A program made the position numbers and the translations under genes. From NCBI GenBank assembly GCA_024699425.1, contig JAILPP010000135.1, positions 1-57,850 of the forward strand: a DNA stretch of 57,850 bases, read 5' to 3'. Position 1 is the first letter of the stretch; every line of letters begins with the position of its first letter. The notes beneath the pieces were generated by a model that was not told the DNA's origin, made no database searches, and saw only the letters and a list, made by a program, of their open reading frames with translations. Below, one piece after another: positions 45,270-57,850 of this stretch. The DNA comes from Oscillospiraceae bacterium (GTDB taxonomy: Bacteria > Bacillota > Clostridia > Oscillospirales > Ruminococcaceae).

Positions 45270-46840
45270 GTGATGAACAAAAACAGTCCGGATATGTCGC
45301 AGATAATGAAAATGCGGAGGCGGATACCATCTTCGGTTCCGCCCCCGAACAGAAACAGACTTCGCAGAAGAAAGGTCCTTCCAGAAGCATCCGCAATCTG
45401 CTGATCGCCGTCTGTCTGGCAGTGGTTGTCGGTGCGGGGCTGACGGCTGTTCTGCTTGTTAACCGTGCTTCAGCGCCCGACAGCGGACAGACGGACACCA
45501 CCGACCCCGCTGCGGAAAATATCAAGCTCAACGATGCCGATGAACTCAATGTCAAGGAAGTGGACATCAAAGGCGATTCGCCGTTCCATGTCACACGCAC
45601 CGTCAAGGGCAGGGAAGATGCCCCCTCGGAATATGTGATCGAGGGCTTTGAGGGGCTTGCGCTCGATGATGCACTGCTCTCGACCCTTGCCTATAACGGC
45701 TCGATCTTTGAGGCGGAACGTCTCATCGAGGAACAGCCCGATGACCTCAGCCGCTACGGACTTGCACAGCCCCGTGCAGATGTCACCATGTCCTATGACG
45801 ACGGTTCACAGTTCCGTTTTCAGATCGGCATGGATTCGCCCACGGAAAGCGGCAAAGTCTACTGCGCCGTGGACGGCAATGTCTATCTGATCCGGAATTC
45901 CCTTGTTGCCAACTATTGCAGAACGCCGGAGGATTACCTCTCGAAAACGATCCTGCCCGCACTCGCTGAAGGGGAAGTGGTGATCGTTAAGAATCTGCGT
46001 GTCTCCCGTGAGGATCTCGACGAGGATATTGTACTCGAATATGACGAGGCGGCTGCCGAAAGCAGCGATGTCGGCGGTACGGCGGCAACGCATATCATGA
46101 CAGAGCCGATCTTCACTTACCTGAATGTGGAGAAATCCAAGGACATTACCAACGGTATGTTCGGACTGACGGCGCAGGAAGTTGCGGTCATTCATCCGGA
46201 AGATGCCGATTTTGCCCGTACAGGTCTGGATGCGCCGTTCTGCACCGTGGAAATGGAAACAGGCGACGGAAACAAACGTGTGCTGACGTTCGGGCATTCC
46301 TATCAGACCGACGACGGAACGACACTCTATTATATGCATCTCGAAGGCCTGGATGAGATCTTCGGCGTTTCCGCGGATAATGCAAAATGGCTCACGTTCC
46401 GACCGGGGGATATTTCTTCTTCCAACATCTTTGTGACAAATGTGTGGAACATCGGTACGCTGGACATTACGGACAAGACCCATGATTTTCGTTTTGTCGG
46501 CGAGGGCAATAAGGACAATTACACCGTTACCCTCAACGGCAAGGAATGCGACAAGGAACGCTATCGGACTTTGTACCGCTTTTTGCTGTATATCTACGGC
46601 GAGGAGCTGTATCTCGGTGAATTGCCCGACGGCGAGCCGGATGCAGAAGTGCATCTGACTACGCAGAACGGCAAGGAGGATTATACCATCAGCTTCTATC
46701 GGGTGAGTGATCTCAGAACGATCGTTGCCCGTGACGGACAGCCGGGGTATGTCATCCGTTCTTCCGCACTCGATACGCTTTCCTATAATCTTGGTATTTT
46801 TGACGATACGGAGAAGGACTTCAAGACAAGCTGGCAGTAA
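45266..46840 (+). CDS. DUF4340-like membrane-anchored protein
   Basis: Single N-terminal TM and a large external domain. It overlaps the GldG-like gene by 4 nt. The family assignment rests on context and overall pattern. Confidence 0.55.
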   Translation: MSDEQKQSGYVADNENAEADTIFGSAPEQKQTSQKKGPSRSIRNLLIAVCLAVVVGAGLTAVLLVNRASAPDSGQTDTTDPAAENIKLNDADELNVKEVDIKGDSPFHVTRTVKGREDAPSEYVIEGFEGLALDDALLSTLAYNGSIFEAERLIEEQPDDLSRYGLAQPRADVTMSYDDGSQFRFQIGMDSPTESGKVYCAVDGNVYLIRNSLVANYCRTPEDYLSKTILPALAEGEVVIVKNLRVSREDLDEDIVLEYDEAAAESSDVGGTAATHIMTEPIFTYLNVEKSKDITNGMFGLTAQEVAVIHPEDADFARTGLDAPFCTVEMETGDGNKRVLTFGHSYQTDDGTTLYYMHLEGLDEIFGVSADNAKWLTFRPGDISSSNIFVTNVWNIGTLDITDKTHDFRFVGEGNKDNYTVTLNGKECDKERYRTLYRFLLYIYGEELYLGELPDGEPDAEVHLTTQNGKEDYTISFYRVSDLRTIVARDGQPGYVIRSSALDTLSYNLGIFDDTEKDFKTSWQ

Positions 46841-46882
46841 TCTCCGTATCCCGCAATCTATCAACGGAAAGGAGTTTTGAAA

Positions 46883-47158
46883 ATGGATTTTATGATGTAC
46901 AAAGGATACCCGCTTGTGAGAAAGGGTAATGATATTTATTTCGGCTACATGAGTGAGCCATATGTCATCTGGCTTCAGGCAGAGGACGCAAAAGAGGAAA
47001 AGGGCGTAAAGCTCTCCCATAAGGTGCGCTTTTACCAGATGAAAACAGATGAGAACCTCAATCCCATTGATGCAATTGTGAAGAACGGAGAACGTCCGAC
47101 ACTCTATGATGCTCTCGAAGTCGCTTCCACATGGCTCAGACGTGCCAATCAATCATAA
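46883..47158 (+). CDS. Small hypothetical protein
   Basis: 91 aa, MDFMMYKGYPLVRKGNDIYFGY.... AAAGGAG lies 8 nt upstream. Confidence 0.4.
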   Translation: MDFMMYKGYPLVRKGNDIYFGYMSEPYVIWLQAEDAKEEKGVKLSHKVRFYQMKTDENLNPIDAIVKNGERPTLYDALEVASTWLRRANQS

Positions 47159-47189
47159 TTCCGTTTCGGAAACAAAGGAGTAAAACAAC

Positions 47190-47870
47190 ATGAAGAACAG
47201 ATGGATTGCCGGTGTGCTGGCGTTTGCCGCATTTACCGGTATGCTGACAGGTTGCTCGAAATCGACAGCGGACAGTTCCGCCGCTGAAACACGCGCTGCC
47301 GGCGATGTCAGCGCAGAACAGCAGGGCAATGCACAGGATAACGCCGCAGAATCAGGCGGAACATTCATCATCACACTGCATCCCGAAGATGCGCCGATCA
47401 GTTGCGAGAATTTTGAAAAGCTCGTCAAGGAAGGCTATTATGACGGACTGACGTTCCACCGTGTCGTGGAGGATTTCATGGCACAGGGCGGCGATCCCAC
47501 CACCGGCGGCAAGGAACAGGCGGATTCCATCAAGGGCGAATTTATCAGCAACGGTGTGCAGAATGACCGCAAACATTTGAGAGGCACGGTTTCTATGGCG
47601 CGTACCAGTGATCCGAACAGTGCTTCCAGCCAGTTCTTTATCTGCTATACTGAATGTGATTACCTCGACGGTGCTTATGCCGCTTTCGGAGAAGTCACAG
47701 AGGGTATGGAAGTTGTGGACGACTTCCTGAAAGTGGAGCGTGTCATCGGCGCTGACGGCGCACAGTCCGCCCCCACAAGCCCCATCATCATGGAAAAAGT
47801 CGAGATGATCGACGACGATGCAGACGGCAACCACCGTGTACAGGTCACAATGAACAATTTCCTCGGCTGA
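47190..47870 (+). CDS. Cyclophilin-type peptidyl-prolyl isomerase lipoprotein
   Basis: Lipobox MLTGC. Also NFEKLVKEGYYDGLTFHRVVEDFMAQGGDP and SMARTSDPNSASSQFFI. Confidence 0.88.
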   Translation: MKNRWIAGVLAFAAFTGMLTGCSKSTADSSAAETRAAGDVSAEQQGNAQDNAAESGGTFIITLHPEDAPISCENFEKLVKEGYYDGLTFHRVVEDFMAQGGDPTTGGKEQADSIKGEFISNGVQNDRKHLRGTVSMARTSDPNSASSQFFICYTECDYLDGAYAAFGEVTEGMEVVDDFLKVERVIGADGAQSAPTSPIIMEKVEMIDDDADGNHRVQVTMNNFLG

Positions 47871-47878
47871 TAAAAATA

Positions 47879-47907
47879 ACCCCCGACCTGATCGGCCGGG
47901 GGTTTTG
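47879..47907. terminator. Bidirectional terminator between the PPIase gene and rpoC
   Basis: CCCCCGACC-tgatc-GGCCGGGGG is flanked by AAAAA and TTTT. Confidence 0.8.
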
Positions 47908-47913
47908 ATATGC

Positions 47914-51837
<3,924 letters not shown>

Positions 51838-51871
51838 ACCGTGTACCTCCTTATATAGTTAGAGATCGGAT

Positions 51872-51898
51872 GCAGAAGCGGCGGCGTGCCGCCTCTGC
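51872..51898 (-). promoter_or_regulatory. GC-rich hairpin in the rpoB-rpoC spacer
   Basis: Minus-strand RNA GCAGAGGCGGC-acgcc-GCCGCTTCTGC is an 11-bp stem including one G-U pair. No T-run follows. Confidence 0.4.
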
Positions 51899-51916
51899 AC
51901 TGTATTCATTGGAAAA

Positions 51917-54900
51917 TCAGGCGAACAGGTCTTCGCCGCCGACACCAAGATCAATGTTGCCGAAGCCGTCATCCAGATCGTCATCAAATGCATCCGCACC
52001 GGGATCGCCGTAACCGTCGTTCTCCTCATCGTCAAGCGGTGCATCAATGTCCTCGACATCGCCTGTGGTGAAGCCGTGGCTCTGGAATTCGTCCTCACTG
52101 CTCTGGAAATCGCTGCCGAAATCGGTCGGTGCCATCGGGATTTCGTCGTCCTCTTCAAAGTGCTGCTTGAGATCGACTTCTTCGTTGTTGTCGTCCAGCA
52201 CACGAACGTCCAGACCGAGGGACTGCATCTCCTTGATGAGAACCTTGAATGCTTCCGGAATACCGGGCTTCGGAACGTTCTGCCCCTTGACGATATGCTC
52301 ATAGGTGTTGACACGTCCGATCGTATCGTCCGATTTGACGGTCAGGATTTCCTGAAGAGTGTATGCTGCGCCGTATGCTTCGAGCGCCCATACTTCCATC
52401 TCACCGAAACGCTGTCCGCCGAACTGCGCTTTACCACCGAGAGGCTGCTGCGTAACGAGGGAGTAAGGACCTACGGAACGGGCGTGGATCTTATCATCTA
52501 CCAGATGGTGGAGCTTGAGGTAATACATATAGCCGACAGTGACACGGTTATCGAACTTGTCACCGGTTCTGCCGTCATAAAGTGTGAACTTGCCGTCCTC
52601 ATTCATCTCGATCGCCTTGGGGTTGATGACCTTGTCCATCTTGCCGATCTCGAACGGTTCGTCCTTATAGGGGGCATTGCGTTCATTTGCCTCACGGAAG
52701 CAGGCACGGATATCGTCCTCATGCGCACCGTCAAAGACGGGGGTCATGATGTGCCAGCCGAGTGCCTTTGCGCTCATGCCGAGGTGTACTTCCAGTACCT
52801 GTCCGATGTTCATACGGGACGGTACGCCCAGAGGATTCAGCACAATGTCCAGCGGTGTGCCGTCGGGCAGGAAAGGCATATCCTCCTCCGGCAGAATGCG
52901 GGAAACGACACCCTTGTTACCGTGTCTGCCCGCCATCTTGTCGCCGACGCTGATCTTACGCTTCTGTGCGATGTACACACGGACAAGCTGGTTGACGCCT
53001 GCACCGAGTTCGGACACTTCCGCACCTGTCTCGTCGGAGATCTTCTCGCCGCGCTTGAAGGGCTTGACATCAATGACGATACCGCCTTCGCCGTGCGGTA
53101 CTTTCAGGGAGTTGTCACGGACTTCTCTTGCCTTTTCACCGACGATCGCACGGAGCAGTCTTTCCTCGGCGGTCAGTTCGGTTTCGCCCTTCGGCGTTAC
53201 CTTGCCGACAAGAATATCACCGGCAGTAACTTCCGCACCGATGCGGATAATGCCGTGTTCATCGAGGTTTTTCAGTGCATCGTCACCGACGTTGGGAATG
53301 TCGCGGGTGATCTCTTCCGGTCCGAGTTTTGTGCCACGGCATTACAGCTCGTACTCCTCGATGTGAATGGAAGTGAACACGTCCTCACGGACAAGGCGCT
53401 CGTTCAGCAGAACGGCATCCTCGTAGTTGTAACCTTCCCACGTCATGAAGCCGATGAGGGCATTCTTGCCGAGGGAGATCTCGCCGTCCGCCGTTGCAGG
53501 ACCGTCGGCAAGTACCTGACCTTTCAGGATCTTGTCACCGACATCGACGATCGGGCGCTGGTTGACGCAGGTATCCTGGTTGGAACGCTGGAACTTGATG
53601 AGTTCATAGGTGTGATCGACCTTGTTGTCGTCCTGAATCACGATCTTGTCTGCGGAAACGAACGTGCAGACACCGTCACACTCGGACAGTACGCAGACAC
53701 CGGAGTCAACGGCTGCCATGTACTCCATGCCCGTGCCGACAAACGGACGCTCGGTTTTGAGCAGCGGCACTGCCTGACGCTGCATATTCGCACCCATGAG
53801 GGCACGGTTTGCGTCATCGTTTTCGAGGAAGGGAATCATTGCCGTTGCCACGGAAACGACCATCTTCGGGGAAACGTCCATGTAGTCAACCTTGGAATTC
53901 TCGCACTCTAAGATCTTGTCACGGTAGCGGGCGGTTACTCTCGGACGTGCAAATCTGCCGTCCTCGGTCAGGGGTTCGTTCGCCTGTGCGACGATGAAGT
54001 TATCCTCCACGTCAGCGGGCATATAAACGACTTCGTCGGTGACAACGCCCGTGGACTTGTCAACTTTACGGTAGGGGGCTTCCACAAAGCCGTACTCGTT
54101 GATCTTTGCGAATGTCGCAAGATAGGAAATCAGACCGATGTTAGGACCTTCGGGAGTCTCGATGGGGCACATTCTGCCGTAGTGGGAATAGTGTACGTCA
54201 CGCACCTCGAATCCGGCACGGTCACGGGACAGACCGCCGGGACCCAGTGCGGAAAGACGGCGCTTGTGCGTCAGTTCGGCAAGCGGGTTGTTCTGGTCCA
54301 TGAACTGCGACAGCGGGGAAGAACAGAAGAATTCCTTGATCGCAGAAGTCACAGGACGGATGTTGACCAGTGCCTGCGGGGTGATAACGTCCATGTCCTG
54401 TGTCTGGAGGTTCATGCGCTCACGGATGCTGCGCTCCATTCTGGCAAGACCGGAACGCATGGTATTCTGGAGCAGTTCACCGACACGGCGGATACGTCTG
54501 TTGCCGAGGTGGTCAATGTCGTCCGTTGTGCCGACACCCTCACAGAGATTGAGGAAGTAGGAAACGGAGGCGAAAATATCATCCAGTGTGATGTGATTCG
54601 GAATCAGCTCTTCCGCACGTTTCTTGCAGACGGTTTCAAGGTCAGCAGGTTCTGTCGTGGCGAGGATGTCACGCAGTACACGGATGGAGACAAGCTCCTT
54701 GATGCCGATATCCTTGGGGTCGAAATTGACGTAACCCGCAAGATCGACCATACCGTTGCCGAGTACCTTGATCTCCTTCTCAACGAAGCGGATCTGACTC
54801 TGACCGTTCTCATCAGTGTAGTACTGCTTGGATTCTACATTGAGGAACGCCTCGAAGATACCTGCCTGCTGAATGGCGCACGCCTTCTCATAGGTGAGGG

Positions 54901-55834
54901 TCTCGCCTGCTTCACCGAGGACTTCACCTGTTTCGGGATCAACGACGGCACGGGAAAGCGTTCTGCCCGACAGACGGGAGGCGATGCCCAGTTTCTTGTT
55001 GTATTTGTATCTGCCGAATTTGCAGAGGTCATAGCGGCGGGGGTCAAAGAAGAGCATATCCAGATGGCTCTGCGCACTTTCGATTGTGGGCGGTTCGCCG
55101 GGACGGAGCTTTTTGTATGTCTCCACCAGACCGTCATTGACAGACTTGGCGGTGTCCTTCTGGAGAATCGTTTCGTAGAGGCGCTCGTCATGCCCGAACA
55201 TCTCCTCGATCTCCTGATCGGTACCGAGTCCGATCGCACGCAGGAACGTGGTCAGCGGAATCTTGCGGTTCTTGTCGATGCGGACATATACGATGTCATT
55301 GGAATCCATTTCGTATTCCAGCCACGCGCCGCGGTTCGGGATGATCGTGGACTTGAACAGTTCCTTACCGGTTTTGTCTTTCTCCATGTCATAATACACG
55401 CCGGGGGAACGCACGAGCTGTGATACGATGGCACGCTCTGCGCCGTTGATGACGAAGGTACCGCTGTCGGTCATCAGCGGAAAATCACCCATGAAGATCT
55501 CGGATTCCTTGATCTCACCGGTCTCCTTGTTCCAGAGTTTGGCGGTGACACGCAGGGGAGATGCATAGGTGACCTGATGCTCCTTCGCTTTTGCGATGGT
55601 CTTGTACTTGAGGTTGTCATCGTCAAAGCGGTAGCCGGTGAACGTCAGCACAAGATTGCCGTTGTAGTCCGTTGCGGAGAAATCACGGAATACTTCCCAT
55701 AAACCTTCCTCACGGAACCATTTATAGGAGTTCTTCTGAATCTCGATGAGGTTCGGCATTTCCTGTACTTCCTGGATCTTACCGAAGCTCATTCTGAAAT
55801 TCTTTCCGAGCTGCTTGGCAGTTACATTTACCAT
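51917..55834 (-). CDS. rpoB: DNA-directed RNA polymerase subunit beta, one reading frame interrupted by a single in-frame TAA (53342-53344)
   Basis: The two track ORFs (53342-55948 and 51917-53017) are in the same frame. The 108 codons between them encode conserved RpoB sequence ([16 protein letters not shown]...[21 protein letters not shown]...). Start [10 protein letters not shown] has a GGAGG upstream. Confidence 0.92.
53342..53344 (-). other. In-frame TAA codon inside rpoB
   Basis: The minus strand reads GAG CTG TAA TGC CGT GGC ACA AAA CTC GGA CCG ([10 protein letters not shown]). Confidence 0.9.
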
Positions 55835-55901
55835 AGGCGGATACCTCCATATAGAATTTAGAGCAGGGCGGACAGATTTTTGAAAAAATCTGTTGCGGGT
55901 C

Positions 55902-55930
55902 TTGACAAAAGCAAAATAATATGGTATACT
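55902..55930 (+). promoter_or_regulatory. Upstream plus-strand promoter (candidate rpsL P1) inside the rpoB leader
   Basis: TTGACA (55902-55907), 17-nt spacer, TGgTATACT (TATACT at 55925-55930). Confidence 0.45.
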
Positions 55931-55974
55931 ATTTAGCTTCAGGCACACACCCGCCCATTATGATGCATTTTAAT

Positions 55975-56003
55975 ATTATACTATATTAAATAGATATTGT
56001 CAA
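55975..56003 (-). promoter_or_regulatory. Promoter of rpoBC
   Basis: Minus strand TTGACA (56003-55998), 17-nt spacer, TATAAT (55980-55975). This is a perfect consensus. Confidence 0.55.
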
Positions 56004-56086
56004 GGACTTTGGAAAATTTCAGCTTTCTGTACAAGTTTCAACAGTCGGGAACATCAATATTTTCCGAAAAACTTTTTCGGAAACGG

Positions 56087-56115
56087 TTGACAAATCGCAG
56101 AATCTGTGGTATATT
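56087..56115 (+). promoter_or_regulatory. Proximal promoter of rpsL (P2)
   Basis: TTGACA, 17-nt spacer, TGgTATATT. Confidence 0.55.
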
Positions 56116-56166
56116 GTAATAGTATGCTTCGGCATTACAAAAAAATAAAAAGAAGGAGGAAAACAT

Positions 56167-56589
56167 ATGCCAACTTTTAACCAGCTCGTTCGCAAGGGCA
56201 GAAAGGTACAGGTTACCAAGTCTACTGCTCCGGCACTTCAGAAGGGCTACAATGCAAAGAAGAAGGTTCAGATCGACCAGAACGCACCCCAGAAGAGAGG
56301 CGTTTGCACTGTCGTTAAGACCACGACCCCGAAGAAGCCGAACTCTGCTATGCGTAAGATCGCCAGAGTCAAGCTGACCAACGGTTACGAGGTAACTTCC
56401 TACATCCCCGGTATCGGTCACAATCTGCAGGAACACTCTGTTGTTCTGATCCGCGGCGGACGTGTCAAGGACCTCCCCGGTGTGCGTTATCACATCATCC
56501 GTGGTGCGCTCGATGCACAGGGCGTTGCAAACCGTGGGCAGGCTCGTTCCAAGTACGGTGCAAAGAAGCCGAAGGCAGGCAAGAAGTAA
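56167..56589 (+). CDS. rpsL: 30S ribosomal protein S12
   Basis: [13 protein letters not shown]...[48 protein letters not shown]. Confidence 0.96.
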   Translation: MPTFNQLVRKGRKVQVTKSTAPALQKGYNAKKKVQIDQNAPQKRGVCTVVKTTTPKKPNSAMRKIARVKLTNGYEVTSYIPGIGHNLQEHSVVLIRGGRVKDLPGVRYHIIRGALDAQGVANRGQARSKYGAKKPKAGKK

Positions 56590-56780
56590 TTCTGAAGAGC
56601 CTTAATAAGCAAATCCGGTTTTAGTGAATCATTAGATGACCACAGGCAAGCTGTGGAGTCTGTTTCTATATAGATTAGGACAGCCTCTGCTTGACCTGAC
56701 GCACAGCAACTGTGCGAGTACCGATGAATTCACGAATGCAGCCAGCGCGCTGCACAGCTAATGTGAAGGAGGGAAGCGAA
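56590..56780 (+). promoter_or_regulatory. Long (191 nt) structured rpsL-rpsG spacer (candidate S7 regulatory target)
   Basis: Hairpins are CCACAG-gcaag-CTGTGG (56640-56656), CGCACAG-caa-CTGTGCG (56700-56716) and GCAGC-cagcgc-GCTGC (56738-56753). Confidence 0.3.
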
Positions 56781-57251
56781 ATGCCAAGAAGAGGTAATGT
56801 CGCAAAGCGTGACGTATTACAGGATCCTGTATACAGTTCCAAGCTCGTAACTCGTCTTATCAACAATGTAATGCTCGACGGCAAGAAGGGTGTTGCACAG
56901 AAGATCGTTTACGGCGCATTTGAGATCGTTGCAGAAAAGACCGGCAGAGACGCTCTGGAGGTTTTTGAGGAAGCAATGGAGAACATCATGCCGCAGCTCG
57001 AGGTTAAGGCTCGCCGTCTCGGCGGTGCCACCTATCAGGTACCGATGGAGGTACGCCCGGAGCGCAAGCAGACCCTCGGTCTGAGATGGATCACCAAGTA
57101 TTCCAGAGAGCGCAACGAAAAGACGATGAAGGAAAGACTGGCAGGTGAGATCCTCGATGCTCTGAACGGTACCGGCGGTGCCTGCAAGAAGCGTGAGGAT
57201 ACCCACAAGATGGCTGAGGCTAACAAGGCGTTTGCTCACTATCGCTGGTAA
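56781..57251 (+). CDS. rpsG: 30S ribosomal protein S7
   Basis: [32 protein letters not shown]......YQVP.EVRPERK. AGGAGG RBS. Confidence 0.95.
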   Translation: MPRRGNVAKRDVLQDPVYSSKLVTRLINNVMLDGKKGVAQKIVYGAFEIVAEKTGRDALEVFEEAMENIMPQLEVKARRLGGATYQVPMEVRPERKQTLGLRWITKYSRERNEKTMKERLAGEILDALNGTGGACKKREDTHKMAEANKAFAHYRW

Positions 57252-57274
57252 TTCCGTTTTAAGGAGGAATTGCT

Positions 57275-57850
57275 ATGGCAAGAGACTGTAGTCTGGAAAT
57301 GACCAGAAATATCGGCATCATGGCGCACATTGATGCCGGTAAGACCACCACAACAGAGCGTATCCTGTTCTATACCGGTGTTAACCATAAGATCGGTGAG
57401 ACCCACGAGGGTGCCGCTACCATGGACTGGATGGAGCAGGAGCAGGAGAGAGGTATCACCATTACCTCCGCTGCTACCACTGCATTCTGGGCCGGTCACA
57501 GAATCAATATCATCGACACCCCCGGACACGTTGACTTCACGGTTGAGGTTGAGCGTTCCCTGCGTGTACTCGACGGTTCCGTTACCGTTCTGTGCGCAAA
57601 GGGCGGTGTTGAGCCGCAGTCTGAAACCGTCTGGAGACAGGCTGACAAGTATCAGGTTCCGAGAATGGCTTACGTCAACAAGATGGACATCATGGGTGCG
57701 GACTTCTACCACGTCGTTGAAATGATGAAAGACCGTCTGAAGTGTAATGCCGTTCCGATTCAGCTCCCGATCGGCGCTGAGGAGACCTTCAAGGGCATCA
57801 TCGACCTCGTGGAGATGAAGGCTTATGTATATTACGACGATCTCGGAAAG
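57275..57850 (+). CDS. fusA: Elongation factor G, N-terminal part (runs off the window)
   Basis: Open frame, not in the track because it has no stop. Translation is [35 protein letters not shown]...[18 protein letters not shown] lies 7 nt upstream. Confidence 0.95.
   Translation, partial: MARDCSLEMTRNIGIMAHIDAGKTTTTERILFYTGVNHKIGETHEGAATMDWMEQEQERGITITSAATTAFWAGHRINIIDTPGHVDFTVEVERSLRVLDGSVTVLCAKGGVEPQSETVWRQADKYQVPRMAYVNKMDIMGADFYHVVEMMKDRLKCNAVPIQLPIGAEETFKGIIDLVEMKAYVYYDDLGK

Noticed and set aside
53018-53344. Interpreting rpoB as two separate genes (a split beta subunit), or the TAA as a reassigned sense codon.
   Set aside because: No RBS or start codon follows the stop. The next in-frame start is 108 conserved codons downstream, so those residues would be lost. 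The overlapping TAATG opens only a short out-of-frame ORF. TAA clearly terminates many other genes in the window.
56636-56770. 44-codon ORF (MTTGKLWSLFLYRLGQPLL...) inside the rpsL-rpsG spacer.
   Set aside because: There is no Shine-Dalgarno upstream, and the ORF coincides with the hairpin-forming segments. It is treated as non-coding.

Overview
This 57.85-kb window looks like chromosome from a Clostridia-class Firmicute. It is probably a Ruminococcus/Oscillospiraceae-type organism, because two secreted proteins carry dockerin-like modules, a SCIFF locus is present, and GC is roughly 55% by eye. Almost everything is core housekeeping, with about 60 protein genes tightly packed on both strands. 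Recognisable blocks are: gpsA' and a flavin reductase; maf-tautomerase-plsY-der; DUF512; yceD-rpmF; pgi; mtaB; a Cd/Zn-type P-type ATPase; cysE; degV; a beta-CASP RNase; rpmE; dgt-dnaG-rpoD; rimP-nusA-ylxR-ylxQ-infB-(orphan)-rbfA-nrnA-truB-ribF; a GldA/F/G-like ABC module plus DUF4340; a cyclophilin; rpoB-rpoC on the minus strand; and a divergent rpsL-rpsG-fusA'. I saw no rRNA, tRNA, CRISPR array, transposase, integrase or phage genes. The main points of interest follow. (1) A 48-aa six-cysteine SCIFF RiPP precursor is missing from the ORF track and sits next to its radical-SAM/SPASM maturase. (2) A single in-frame TAA interrupts an otherwise perfectly conserved rpoB. (3) A low-GC (~40%) secreted-protein gene is wedged next to rpmF. 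(4) A repeat-bearing spacer and an orphan acidic ORF sit where ylxP normally lies between infB and rbfA. (5) rpoBC is inverted relative to the str operon, with overlapping divergent promoters and shared A/T palindromes. (6) The DUF512 gene probably starts at CTG. Many promoters fit TTGACA-17-(TGn)TATAAT exactly. All coordinates and structures were worked out by hand from the sequence. No database search was run.
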